Source: Clostridia bacterium
GTDB lineage: Bacteria; Bacillota; Clostridia; TANB77; RGIG9151
DNA length: 64,000 nucleotides
Assembly: GCA_017934955.1 (NCBI GenBank)
Contig: JAGBIO010000024.1
Location: 14,550 to 78,549 of the forward strand
Reading direction: 5' to 3'
A program made the position numbers and the translations under genes. How positions within the stretch are numbered: the stretch's first letter is position 1; each line of letters opens with the position of its first letter. Below the pieces are notes generated by a model. It was given only the letters and a program-made list of their open reading frames with translations, was not told the DNA's origin and searched no databases. Below, one piece after another: positions 26,324 through 36,107 of this stretch.

Positions 26324-28330
26324 CTACTCTTCCTCCGCCGTCGTCTTATTCAACTCGATAAAGAACGTCGTACCCTTTCCATCCTCTGACTCAAATCGCA
26401 TATCCCCGTTAAACTTCCCTTTAATCGTAGAGTAGCACATATACAATCCCAAACCGGTTCCGTTCTTACCCTTCGACGTAACCATTTCCTTAAACAATTT
26501 ATCCTTCACATGCGGTGCAATTCCGCCGGCATAATCCTGTACTTCGATATACACTTTTTTCTCATCTTCCCGCACTCTCACATCAATATCTCCGCCTTCA
26601 TGATAAGCATCCATTGCATTAATAATCAAGTTATCCATTACCTGCACAATTGCGCTGATTTCACCCTTAATATAAGAATCCTTATTAATCTGCAAATCCA
26701 AATTCAAGTTACAATGGCGACGTTTTAACTCATTTTTCATCAAAATCTGTGTCCGAACAATCAACTCCTCCGCACTAAACTTTCCAACCGTCGAAGCATT
26801 CATCGAAACCGCTTGTCCTTTTACCGCATCAATTACCTCCGTCATATAGCTCAAGTACGGACGTATCTTCTCAATCCACTCCTTCATCTCCTGCGCAATT
26901 TGATGATGGTCTTCCTTCGTCACCTCGGAATCTTCAATCGACTCATCGTATTCCTTCACTAAATCCGTTACCCCCTCCAAAGCACCGGAAATCGACATAA
27001 TCGGAGTTTTTAAATTATGTGCAATTCCTCCGATTAATTGACCCAACGAAGACAAACGTTCCTGTTCCACCAAAATTTCCTGGTTTCGTTCTATTTTCTC
27101 TATATTATTCTTCTCCAAATCCAAAATCTTATTAAACGCCACAACCAACTCGCCGATTTCATCATTCGACGTCACAACTAACTTTTTATCGTAATCAATC
27201 GCTACTTGTTCCGAAATATTCGTCAATTTATCCGCAATCTCTGTAATATCCGAAGACATATCTTCCGCAAAGTAATACAAGATAAAAATCGCGATAGCAA
27301 ACATCAAGAAAATACTTCCAAAGAATAAGAAGACCATATTTTCCGAAGACAAATCATAACGTATTCCAATAATATACTCATCTTCCCCTAATTGAATATA
27401 CTCTGCCGTCGCCTGAATATCCGAAGCATAATAGTCATACAAATGCCCGCTATATCGTTCTCCCACCAAAAGAGCATATTTTAACAAAAACTCACTTAAA
27501 GGCTCGCCTTCGTTAAAAATCTCTTTTCCATTTTTAATCACGAAAGCAGTATCCTTCTCACTGATTTTATCAATCTTCCCAATTGCCGCAATAATGTCAC
27601 TTTCCGAATCAATCCCACTTGAAACCAGATTTGTTAAGCGAATATTATATTCATCAAATCGCATAACACCCTTTTCATGAACCAAACGCGCATACCCCAC
27701 TAACGCCAAAAACACCGAAGTTACCAAGAAAAGAGGCAAAATTTGCAGGAAAATTCTACTTTTCAAATTAAACTGCAAAAACCCTTTTTTAGCTTCCAAA
27801 TTGTTGGTTCGAATCAGTAATTTTTTCATCAATTTTTTAGTAAACACATAGGTAGTAACAGACAATAACGCCATAAAAACGAACGCCAATGCCGAAATTT
27901 TAATAATTAGGCTAAATTCCGTTTTTGTTATGTACAATACCAACGCGATAACCAACGGAACCACAAACAGCTGACAAAGATACAACACATAAGGAATCCG
28001 AAAACATCTGCCCTGCAACTGCTCAATCTCTTTCCGACTTTCCTCATCCTTCTTTTCCAATAGTCTTCCAATCTTATTAAAATCCTTTATTTGAAACCAC
28101 ACAAACAAATCCACCAGTGCCATAATTACAAGCACAATCGCAATATACTGCTTATAATAGGTCGCTCCCGCATCAATCTGTGTTTCAAAATAACTGTTAA
28201 TTACCTCCGGTCCGTAATTTAAAACGGCAGGAATTAAAAAGTAGAACCCGATTCCCAATAACAAAACAATAATGTTATAAACTTTAATCAAACCCAGTGC
28301 CTCTTTATTCTTTTTCCTCATTGGTATCAT
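26324..28330 (-). CDS. Sensor histidine kinase (multi-TM sensor, HAMP, HisKA, HATPase_c)
   Basis: 668 aa with an N-terminal multi-TM sensor region and a HAMP-like segment. H-box is LSSLGQLIGGIAHNLKTP, N/G boxes are NLIINAMDAY and GTGLGLYMCYS. Its start overlaps the NRPS stop by ~25 nt. Confidence 0.85.
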   Translation of the reverse strand: MIPMRKKNKEALGLIKVYNIIVLLLGIGFYFLIPAVLNYGPEVINSYFETQIDAGATYYKQYIAIVLVIMALVDLFVWFQIKDFNKIGRLLEKKDEESRKEIEQLQGRCFRIPYVLYLCQLFVVPLVIALVLYITKTEFSLIIKISALAFVFMALLSVTTYVFTKKLMKKLLIRTNNLEAKKGFLQFNLKSRIFLQILPLFLVTSVFLALVGYARLVHEKGVMRFDEYNIRLTNLVSSGIDSESDIIAAIGKIDKISEKDTAFVIKNGKEIFNEGEPLSEFLLKYALLVGERYSGHLYDYYASDIQATAEYIQLGEDEYIIGIRYDLSSENMVFLFFGSIFLMFAIAIFILYYFAEDMSSDITEIADKLTNISEQVAIDYDKKLVVTSNDEIGELVVAFNKILDLEKNNIEKIERNQEILVEQERLSSLGQLIGGIAHNLKTPIMSISGALEGVTDLVKEYDESIEDSEVTKEDHHQIAQEMKEWIEKIRPYLSYMTEVIDAVKGQAVSMNASTVGKFSAEELIVRTQILMKNELKRRHCNLNLDLQINKDSYIKGEISAIVQVMDNLIINAMDAYHEGGDIDVRVREDEKKVYIEVQDYAGGIAPHVKDKLFKEMVTSKGKNGTGLGLYMCYSTIKGKFNGDMRFESEDGKGTTFFIELNKTTAEEE

Positions 28331-31300
28331 CCCTTTTTACAATATAAATACTCTTTATCATATAGCAAATGATTTTCTGAATATACTCTTTATCCATCTT
28401 CGGCCATTCAAAACCGGCTAATTCCAAAAAGTGTTTCGTAATATCGCTTTCCACTAAAATATCACTGCTGTAATTAAGGTTTCCCTCTTCTCCAAGATAG
28501 ATTTGACCAACCAGCCGGTCCTTATTTCCAACATACCGAAAATCCAAATTTCCCGCTTTCACCAATTCCAAGAACCGTTTTACCGTAATCATATTGTGAT
28601 TGGTAATATGAAAAATCCTTCCCGTCGCTTCCGGAATATCAAAAGTCTTCACAATCGCTTCCGCTGACAAATCAATCGGAGAAAATTCAATCTCCTTCTC
28701 CAACAACTCATCCGAAACCTTGTTTCCTTCCAAAACCAACCGAATCGTCGCATAAAAAGCGTTTTCCTCAATATTTTTCTGGAAAACCCCATCGGAATAT
28801 CGTCCTGTCAGGTTCCCCATCCGATAAATCGTCGCCTTTAATCCCTTCTTCATTTCCGCCAAAATCAAATTCTCACTCTCAAACTTGCTTCGCACATAAA
28901 TATTATCTTGATAAGCCTGTCCGATATAAAGATCCTTCTCAGAAAAAGTTTCCTTGGTACAACGATTATCCACCAAATACTCCCCTACAACCGTAATGGT
29001 AGAAACATAATTCATCTTAATATGAAATTGCTTTGCAAATTCAACAATATTCTGTGTCCCAACCACATTTATATTTCGAATATCTTCATAATCACCGTAG
29101 TACTTCACAATCGCAGCTGAATGAATAATATTATCAATCTTTTTCCCCATTTCCTCATATAATTCATTCGAGAAACCAAGTTTTTCAAAAGAAATATTAC
29201 CATCCACCACAAAAATTCTTTTATCCAACAAATCCTTATATTTCCCATCGAAATAGAAATCCAACGTATCTTCCAAACGATGTCTCGCCTTCTGCGCCTT
29301 ATTACTCCGAACCAAACAATAAATCTTACTATCCGAATTTCTCTCTATCAGAGCCTGTAAAATATGACTTCCCAAAAATCCGGTAGAACCGGTCAATAAA
29401 ACATTTTCCGACTTTTCACGCTTTCCGGAAAGCACTTTACACTCTTCAAATTCCGGAACTTCCTGTATCTCAACTTCATCCTTTTCTTTATTCGCAAGAT
29501 TTCCCGTTATCTTATCACTTAATTCTTGAATGGTAGGATACTGATAAAAATCCTGCACTCCAATATTCCATTGATACTTCAACAAACTCGTCAGCGCCCC
29601 GATAACCTTCAATGAATCTGCACCAAGTTCAAAAATATTCTGATTAATTCCGATTTCCTTTAAATTCAATACTTTTCGGAATGTCTCTGCCAATATTTTT
29701 TGCTCCTGCGTTTGCGGTAAAATGAGTTCAACCTCCTCATCTTCCTGCACAATCTCCGGCAACTGCTTCCGATCTAACTTTCCATTCGCCGAAAGTGGCA
29801 TAGCCGGAAGCTGCATATAATAACTCGGCACCATATATTCCGGCATTTTAAGCATCAAAGACTTCTTCAATTCCTTCACATCAATCGACTTCTTCGCCAC
29901 AAAATAAGCGCACAAATTCTTAATACCGGTATTTTTATCTTCCCGTACAATAACAACCGCTTCATTAATTCCGTTAAAATCCTTAATCCGCGTCTCAATT
30001 TCCCCAATTTCAATTCGGAATCCCCGAATTTTAATTTGAAAATCAATACGTCCCATGTACTCAATATCGCCTTTCGGCATATAACGCGCCAAATCTCCCG
30101 TTTTGTACATCTTTGTTCCCGGTACAAACGGATTATCTACAAACTTCTCATCCGTCAAAGTTGGATTATTCACATAGCCTCTTGCCAAACCGTCGCCCGC
30201 AATATACAACTCTCCGATAATTCCAACCGGAAGAAGATTTTTATTACGATCCAGCACATATAACTGAATATTATCAATCGGCTTTCCAATCGGAATAATC
30301 CCGTTTGCCGGCGTCGGAGAACAATTAAAATAGGAAACATCCACCGTCGCCTCTGTCGGACCGTACAAATTCACTAGCTGCGCACCCGATTTGGTATAAA
30401 TCAAATTATTAAACTTTTTCACCTGATCCAATGTTAAAGCTTCGCCACTTGCAAACACCCATCGTAACGACGTTAGAGACTGAATATCTTTCGAAACATC
30501 CACATACTCTAAAAAAGCATTTAGCATGGAAGGCACAAAATGCATCACTGTCACATGATGTTCCTTCACCGCAGAAATAATTTTATCCGGATACTTCTGC
30601 GCCCCCGGCTCCAACATACACACTTTCGCCCCGACAAAATACCACCAAACAAGCTCCCATACCGAAACATCAAAGGTATAAGGCGTCTTCTGCAAAATAA
30701 CATCCTTCTCCGTGAGCGGATAACTTTTTTGCATCCAATGAATTCGATTAACCGCAGAATAATGCTCAATCATTGCACCCTTCGGCTTTCCGGTAGAACC
30801 CGATGTATAAATTACGTACGCCAAATTTCTTGAATGGTGCAATTTTTCTGCCTTTCGATAAGGCTCCTCTTTCAAAGCATCATTATTTACCTCAACTCTT
30901 TGAACCCCTTCTACCGTCGTTTTCACCGGTTCATGCGATAAAAAGAGCTTTGCACCGCTGTTTTCCAACATATAATTCACACGATCCATCGGGTAATCCG
31001 GATCCATCGGCATATACGCCGCACCCGCCTTATGAATCGCCAAAATTCCGATAATCATCTCTACCGAACGATACATTAACACACCAATAATATCATCCGG
31101 CTTTACTCCCAAATCTCTTAATCTCGCCGCTAATTTATCTGCCCTGTCATTTAACTCCTCATAAGTAAGCGATTTTCCCTCTGCCATCACTGCAACATTC
31201 TTCGGCGTTTTCCTCACCTGTTGCTCGAAAATCCGATCCAAAGTCATCTCCTTCGGGTACTCACAAGCCGTATCGTTAAACCCTAAAAGAATTCGATCCT

Positions 31301-32606
31301 TTTCCTTCTGCGAAACCATCTCCAAACTGCACAATTTCTTTTCGGGATTATCCAACGCATGCCACAGAAGTCGAATAATATGATCATGCAAAAACTCAAT
31401 TTCCTTCGCATAAAACATATCCTCCAAATAATCGTAGCTAACAATTAACGTTCCCTCGTTATCCCTATCATTCAAATCAATCGTCAAACTATGCGTCTGA
31501 TGTCCGTTAAAATGCCATCTCGTTGTATAAGGAACTTCCTCATCACTCGCAAACTTAGAATTTTGATACGACAAAATAATATCAAACAAAGCATCCTCCG
31601 TATCAAATTTTTCACGCAATTCTTTCTTCAAAACGTCATATGGATACTTTTGATTCCGCAAAATTCCCATCAATTCCGCTGAGAATTTTTTTGAAAAAGA
31701 TACCAGATTATCCTCCGGCTTAATTTCTGCCTTTATCGTAACGGTATTCGCAAACATCCCAATCATTTTCTTCTCACTCTGATTTCCACGATTCAAAATC
31801 AAAGTACCGAAATTAAAGCTTTCCTTCCCAATTGCACGATAAATATACATTGAAATCGCCGTCGAAAAAATAGAAAACACCGAAATATTGGTTTCTTCCG
31901 AATACTCTTTTAACTTCTTACATAATTTTTCCGGCAGAACATAGCTTTTTCGCTTCGCCGCCGTAGAAATCGTATTCGTCTTTCTCAATTTTAATTTCGC
32001 CGCCTCAAAGCCCTCCGAAAACTTATCCAACCAGTATTTTTGCGAACGCTCGTACTTTTTCGAATGATTATACTCCTCTTCCGTCTGAATATACTCCAAA
32101 TAGGACGGCGTCTCTAAATGAATCTCCTTTCCATGCAACATCGCTTTATAGCAATCAATAATCTCATTCACTGCCGTCACCATCGTCCAACCATCCGAAA
32201 TCAAATGATGCATTTTGATATAAAAAGAAATTTTTTCCTCTCTCTTCATAATCGCAAAATAAAAAAGATTATTTTCATAGATGTCAAAAGGAACCCTCGC
32301 TTGGGTTTCTTCCCATGAAAAATAATCTTCCTGTGTCTTTCCGGAAAAATCAATTACCTCGATGTCATAGTATTGATACGGCACCACAAACTGCATGGTC
32401 TCCCCATCTGCTTCCTTAAAATGAAGTCGAAAACCATCGTTTAACTCAATCACTTTATTAATTGCTTTTTTTAAAATTTCTATATCAATATCCTTCTCCA
32501 CAAAATTTACACTTCCGGCAATTACGCCCAAACTTGTTCCCGGATTAAATTTCTCCATAAAAAGCAAATTTCTCTGCGGATGCGTTAAAGAATACAATTT
32601 TTCCAT
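28305..32606 (-). CDS. Single-module nonribosomal peptide synthetase with C-A-T-R architecture (condensation, adenylation, thiolation, terminal NAD(P)H thioester reductase)
   Basis: 1433 aa. The C domain has HHLISDGWT, the A domain has YTSGSTGKPKG and YKTGDLARY plus GRIDFQIKIRGFRIEIGEIE, the PCP has FELGADSLK, and the R domain has LLTGSTGFLGSHIL (Rossmann) plus a YxxxK region. Confidence 0.9.
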   Translation of the reverse strand: MEKLYSLTHPQRNLLFMEKFNPGTSLGVIAGSVNFVEKDIDIEILKKAINKVIELNDGFRLHFKEADGETMQFVVPYQYYDIEVIDFSGKTQEDYFSWEETQARVPFDIYENNLFYFAIMKREEKISFYIKMHHLISDGWTMVTAVNEIIDCYKAMLHGKEIHLETPSYLEYIQTEEEYNHSKKYERSQKYWLDKFSEGFEAAKLKLRKTNTISTAAKRKSYVLPEKLCKKLKEYSEETNISVFSIFSTAISMYIYRAIGKESFNFGTLILNRGNQSEKKMIGMFANTVTIKAEIKPEDNLVSFSKKFSAELMGILRNQKYPYDVLKKELREKFDTEDALFDIILSYQNSKFASDEEVPYTTRWHFNGHQTHSLTIDLNDRDNEGTLIVSYDYLEDMFYAKEIEFLHDHIIRLLWHALDNPEKKLCSLEMVSQKEKDRILLGFNDTACEYPKEMTLDRIFEQQVRKTPKNVAVMAEGKSLTYEELNDRADKLAARLRDLGVKPDDIIGVLMYRSVEMIIGILAIHKAGAAYMPMDPDYPMDRVNYMLENSGAKLFLSHEPVKTTVEGVQRVEVNNDALKEEPYRKAEKLHHSRNLAYVIYTSGSTGKPKGAMIEHYSAVNRIHWMQKSYPLTEKDVILQKTPYTFDVSVWELVWWYFVGAKVCMLEPGAQKYPDKIISAVKEHHVTVMHFVPSMLNAFLEYVDVSKDIQSLTSLRWVFASGEALTLDQVKKFNNLIYTKSGAQLVNLYGPTEATVDVSYFNCSPTPANGIIPIGKPIDNIQLYVLDRNKNLLPVGIIGELYIAGDGLARGYVNNPTLTDEKFVDNPFVPGTKMYKTGDLARYMPKGDIEYMGRIDFQIKIRGFRIEIGEIETRIKDFNGINEAVVIVREDKNTGIKNLCAYFVAKKSIDVKELKKSLMLKMPEYMVPSYYMQLPAMPLSANGKLDRKQLPEIVQEDEEVELILPQTQEQKILAETFRKVLNLKEIGINQNIFELGADSLKVIGALTSLLKYQWNIGVQDFYQYPTIQELSDKITGNLANKEKDEVEIQEVPEFEECKVLSGKREKSENVLLTGSTGFLGSHILQALIERNSDSKIYCLVRSNKAQKARHRLEDTLDFYFDGKYKDLLDKRIFVVDGNISFEKLGFSNELYEEMGKKIDNIIHSAAIVKYYGDYEDIRNINVVGTQNIVEFAKQFHIKMNYVSTITVVGEYLVDNRCTKETFSEKDLYIGQAYQDNIYVRSKFESENLILAEMKKGLKATIYRMGNLTGRYSDGVFQKNIEENAFYATIRLVLEGNKVSDELLEKEIEFSPIDLSAEAIVKTFDIPEATGRIFHITNHNMITVKRFLELVKAGNLDFRYVGNKDRLVGQIYLGEEGNLNYSSDILVESDITKHFLELAGFEWPKMDKEYIQKIICYMIKSIYIVKRDDTNEEKE

Positions 32607-32742
32607 ATCTTACTACCTCCATTATGCCATCGTCCAACCAATTTCTAATTTCCTCTACATTTTATCATACTACTCCCTAAAAATCAAAAGAATATTACAT
32701 AAAAAACAGGACAAACTAAAAAAGAAAGAGAGGGGATTTAAA

Positions 32743-32904
32743 ATGGCAACTCCGAATAAATTAACCGTACACTGTTCGGTAGACACATGCGGATACTGGA
32801 ACAATCACTTCTGTTCCGCAAAAGAATTATTAGTGAACAACATGACAGGAAAAGCAAAAACATCCGACGGAACTTGTTGCGAAACATTTATTCCAAAGGA
32901 CTAA
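32743..32904 (+). CDS. DUF1540-family small Cys-rich protein (53 aa)
   Basis: MATPNKLTVHCSVDTCGYWNNHFCSAKELLVNNMTGKAKTSDGTCCETFIPKD has the C..C.Y......C......V.......T..C.TF pattern of Firmicute DUF1540 proteins. An RBS AGAGAGGGG lies upstream. Confidence 0.55.
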   Translation: MATPNKLTVHCSVDTCGYWNNHFCSAKELLVNNMTGKAKTSDGTCCETFIPKD

Positions 32905-32934
32905 AAGAAACGTTACTGTTCAAACTTAAAATTA

Positions 32935-33060
32935 TAAAAATGGCACAAACACTGTAGGGACAGCATTCATGCTGTCCTGCATTCCGCATTTTCTGCGGAC
33001 AGCATGAATGCTGTCCCTACAAGGCTTTAGTGCAAATAATAAGTTGTTAAGTCTAACCAG
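32935..33060. mobile_element. MITE-like REPIN element (family A)
   Basis: CTGTAGGGACAGCATTCATGCTGTCC...GCGGACAGCATGAATGCTGTCCCTACAAGG...TTAAGTCTAACCAGTAAC. Confidence 0.7.
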
Positions 33061-33065
33061 TAACA

Positions 33066-33130
33066 AAGGGGCTGTAAAAAACACCTCGGGAAAATAAAAT
33101 TTTTCCGAGGTGTTTTTTACAGCCCCTTTC
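33066..33130. terminator. Bidirectional rho-independent terminator between convergent genes
   Basis: Perfect 24-bp stem AAAGGGGCTGTAAAAAACACCTCGG / CCGAGGTGTTTTTTACAGCCCCTT around an A/T loop, with T-runs on both strands. Confidence 0.6.
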
Positions 33131-33140
33131 TTTTTACTCT

Positions 33141-34247
33141 CTAAGCACCTTTTACGACAATCGTATAATCCCCCTCTGTTACCAACGTCTCATCACTCTC
33201 GTTAATCACAAAAGTATTCATATCTCCGTCACTCACATAACGCTCTTCCGGATGTTCCTCAAAATATTTCACCCAATACTCAAAATCCTTATCTAACTTC
33301 GACTTACCGGCAACCCGTATTCTCGGAATTCTCTTCAAATTCAATTCCTTATCAATAGGAGATCGCGCCGGCGACGAACCAAACAACAAAACAACACCTT
33401 TATTCTCATAATGGTAGCCTTCATAAGTTCCCTCATAAACATAATTTGCAAAATTCTTTGTCATGCTTCCTCCCGGAATCGAAAAAGAAGTAATTTTATA
33501 GCCCGGTAAATAACTGTCAATCAGCTTCGCCAAACCACCAACTTCTTCCATTACCTTATCTGCTGACTCCACATTTTGAAGCGGCATATGATTCATTGTC
33601 TGATTTCCGATTTCAAAACCAAGTGACACCAAATACTCTAATCGTTCCCCCATCTTACCGGTAGATCCGAAAAAGCTCGTTCCTGTCAAATAAAAAGTTC
33701 CCTTCATCGGAAAATCCGGATGTTCCTCATGAAATTTTTGATAAATCGCAACCGCCGTCTTCTCCTTCGGCACTAACACTCCATCCACTCTCTCAAAGCT
33801 AAGCTGTCCTGCTGTACCATCATCAAACGTCAACACAACCGGGGTCTTACCGTAGGGAACGTCCATTTTTCCCTCTATATACTCACTCATATTCACCGGA
33901 TAATAATTCTTCTCATACAGCAATTCCAAATCCTTTCGGAAATTCGAAAAAGACCTTGTCCAATCGTCCGTCTGAGAATCTGCGAACTTATGATAAAGTA
34001 AAACCATAATTCTGCCGTTTTCATTACAAATACTCACATCTTGAGACAGCTTTACCGGTACCTCCGGTATTTCTTCCGCCGGCTCATTTTTCACAACATC
34101 CGGTTCGCTCTTCGGCTCATTCTTCACCAACGTTTTCTCCTCCGAAAATTCTCCCACAGGAACATGGCTGTAATAAAACTTTACAGACACAGCAATAATC
34201 ACAACAAAAATAATTCCTATCACTACATTCTTCTTCAATCTTTTCAC
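33141..34247 (-). CDS. Polysaccharide deacetylase family protein (NodB homology domain), membrane-anchored
   Basis: 368 aa with an N-terminal TM helix, then a NodB-type TFDDG motif (VVLTFDDGTAGQ) and His-containing motifs. Confidence 0.75.
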   Translation of the reverse strand: MKRLKKNVVIGIIFVVIIAVSVKFYYSHVPVGEFSEEKTLVKNEPKSEPDVVKNEPAEEIPEVPVKLSQDVSICNENGRIMVLLYHKFADSQTDDWTRSFSNFRKDLELLYEKNYYPVNMSEYIEGKMDVPYGKTPVVLTFDDGTAGQLSFERVDGVLVPKEKTAVAIYQKFHEEHPDFPMKGTFYLTGTSFFGSTGKMGERLEYLVSLGFEIGNQTMNHMPLQNVESADKVMEEVGGLAKLIDSYLPGYKITSFSIPGGSMTKNFANYVYEGTYEGYHYENKGVVLLFGSSPARSPIDKELNLKRIPRIRVAGKSKLDKDFEYWVKYFEEHPEERYVSDGDMNTFVINESDETLVTEGDYTIVVKGA

Positions 34248-34252
34248 CTCTA

Positions 34253-34981
34253 TTAAACAAACAGTTCCTGAAATTCCTCGCTCTTAAACACATCAAGCGG
34301 TTTTCCCACGCATTTAATTGTCTTATCCAGTAAAACAACTTTATCCGCATACTTCTTCACAAACTCAAAATCATGCGAAATAACGATAATCGTTAAATCG
34401 TACTTCTTCCTCATTCCTGAAACAATATCATAAAAGATTTTCAAGCCCCGATGATCCACTCCCGACACCGGTTCGTCCAACAATAAAATATCCGGCATCG
34501 GCGTAATTGCCAAAGCAAGCATCACTCGTTGTAATTCTCCGCCGGACAACAAACCAAGCTTTTTATCCAGTAACGAACTCGCCTCAACCTTCTCTAACGC
34601 CTCTTTCGCAATTTCCTCCGAAGAACGACTTCTTTTCAACCACAACGGAACATTCGAATACGTGACATTAAACAAATCCCGCACCGTCACAGGCGAAGTT
34701 TTATCAAAATCCAGCATTTGGGGAACATAACCGATATTCGGTTTTCTTGTAAGACGATCCTTCTCATCGGTAAAAGATAAACTCCCCTCGTGGTGTATTT
34801 CCCCTAAAATTGCTTTTAGTAAAGTACTCTTCCCCGCACCGTTCGGACCAATAACCGCCGTTAAATCGCCGCAATGCAAATGCAGATTAATATTCTCTAA
34901 AATAACTTGATTTCCCCTTTTCACTGAAAAATTCTTAATTTCCGTGCAACAAAGTTTGCACTTTTTAAGCGTCAACTTCAT
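34253..34981 (-). CDS. Metal (Zn/Mn-type) ABC transporter ATP-binding protein, ZnuC-like
   Basis: Walker A GPNGAGKST, signature LSGGELQRV and Walker B LLLDEP, typical of the ZnuC/MntB subfamily. The gene overlaps the upstream substrate-binding-protein gene. Confidence 0.75.
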   Translation of the reverse strand: MKLTLKKCKLCCTEIKNFSVKRGNQVILENINLHLHCGDLTAVIGPNGAGKSTLLKAILGEIHHEGSLSFTDEKDRLTRKPNIGYVPQMLDFDKTSPVTVRDLFNVTYSNVPLWLKRSRSSEEIAKEALEKVEASSLLDKKLGLLSGGELQRVMLALAITPMPDILLLDEPVSGVDHRGLKIFYDIVSGMRKKYDLTIIVISHDFEFVKKYADKVVLLDKTIKCVGKPLDVFKSEEFQELFV

Positions 34982-35861
34982 AATAAGATTTCACGCTCTC
35001 CTTTATCCTCTTAATATTTTCCTGCATTTTCTTCTCATAACTCTCCAAATCCGCCTCTCCCGAAGTAATAGAATCTAAAGTATATACTTTAATTCCCGTT
35101 TCATCCGAAACCATTTTGGAGAGTTTGTCTGATGCATCTTGCTCCGCAAAAATACCCACTACCGAGCTCTCCTTTAATCCCGCAATCAATTCACTCATTT
35201 CCTTTGGTGTCGGAGAAACATCTTCTCCACGTTCAATCACATCAAAAATCTCAATTCCGAAATCCTTTGCAAAGTAAGAAAAAGCGTCATGTGACGTCAC
35301 AATCTCAATATTCTCATACCCATACAACTCTTGCCGCAAATCATTGCGTAACGCCTTCAATTTATCGATATACGCTTGCATATTCTCCCGGTACTGCTGT
35401 TCATGCGCGGGATCTCGAGCAATTAAACCATTTCCGATTGCCTCAACCTGCAAGATTGCATTACTGATACTAAGCCAAATATGCTCATTATATCCGTCAT
35501 AAAATCGATTTTCAAGCAACTCTATATGTTCGCCGGAATCCAAAACATCAATTTCTTCCTTCTCAAGGATTTTATCCATAAACCCCTCTAAACCGGCACC
35601 GTTAATAATAAATACGTCCGAATTCTCAATTTGTTTCATATTCGCCGTAGAAAGTTGATAATCATGAATACAACCGGCTTGATTCTCTGTAATATTATAA
35701 ACATTCACATCCGGAATCCCCTCGGTAATATTTCGCGTAAAAATATAAACCGGATAAAAAGACGTCACAATGTCAAACGACGCTTCCTCCGATACCGAAG
35801 TATTCCCGCGACAGCCTGTACACAAAAGCACAAAAAGTAATACGATATATCTCCACTTCAT
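34965..35861 (-). CDS. Metal ABC transporter substrate-binding lipoprotein, ZnuA/TroA-like
   Basis: Lipoprotein signal MKWRYIVLLFVLLCTGC, plus TroA-fold motifs (VVTSFYPVY..., HDYQLS, HIWLS, VTSHDAFSYFAKDFGIEI). The start is placed after the REP-overlapping N-terminal extension of the ORF-track call. Confidence 0.75.
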   Translation of the reverse strand: MKWRYIVLLFVLLCTGCRGNTSVSEEASFDIVTSFYPVYIFTRNITEGIPDVNVYNITENQAGCIHDYQLSTANMKQIENSDVFIINGAGLEGFMDKILEKEEIDVLDSGEHIELLENRFYDGYNEHIWLSISNAILQVEAIGNGLIARDPAHEQQYRENMQAYIDKLKALRNDLRQELYGYENIEIVTSHDAFSYFAKDFGIEIFDVIERGEDVSPTPKEMSELIAGLKESSVVGIFAEQDASDKLSKMVSDETGIKVYTLDSITSGEADLESYEKKMQENIKRIKESVKSYYEVDA

Positions 35862-35929
35862 AATCTCATCTCCCTCCTTGTTACAATTTAGATTATAAAT
35901 TATAAAAATGGCACAATCTCTGTACGGAC

Positions 35930-36100
35930 ACAATTCATTGTGTCCTAATTCTAATGTCTACCTATTTTCCGGCCATAAAAATGGCACAAACACTGTAGGG
36001 ACACAATTCATTGTGTCCTAATTCTAATGCCTACCTATTTGGGCATAATAATGACACAATCATTGTAGGGACAGCATTTATGCTGTCCTTTCTATCTATT
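35930..36100. repeat. Three tandem REP-like hairpins (two family B, one family A) in direct orientation
   Basis: CTGTACGGACACAATTCATTGTGTCC, CTGTAGGGACACAATTCATTGTGTCC and ATTGTAGGGACAGCATTTATGCTGTCC, each followed by a similar ~35-bp tail (TAATTCTAATG.CTACCTATTT..GGCCATAA). Confidence 0.8.
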
Positions 36101-36107
36101 TTTCCCA

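Noticed and set aside
35862-35935. Canonical Zur box upstream of the znuA-like gene
   Set aside because: No TCGTAATnATTACGA-like palindrome is present. Only AT-rich TTATAATTTATAAT-type direct repeats are seen there. A different palindrome near the ZIP gene is reported instead, as a low-confidence candidate.
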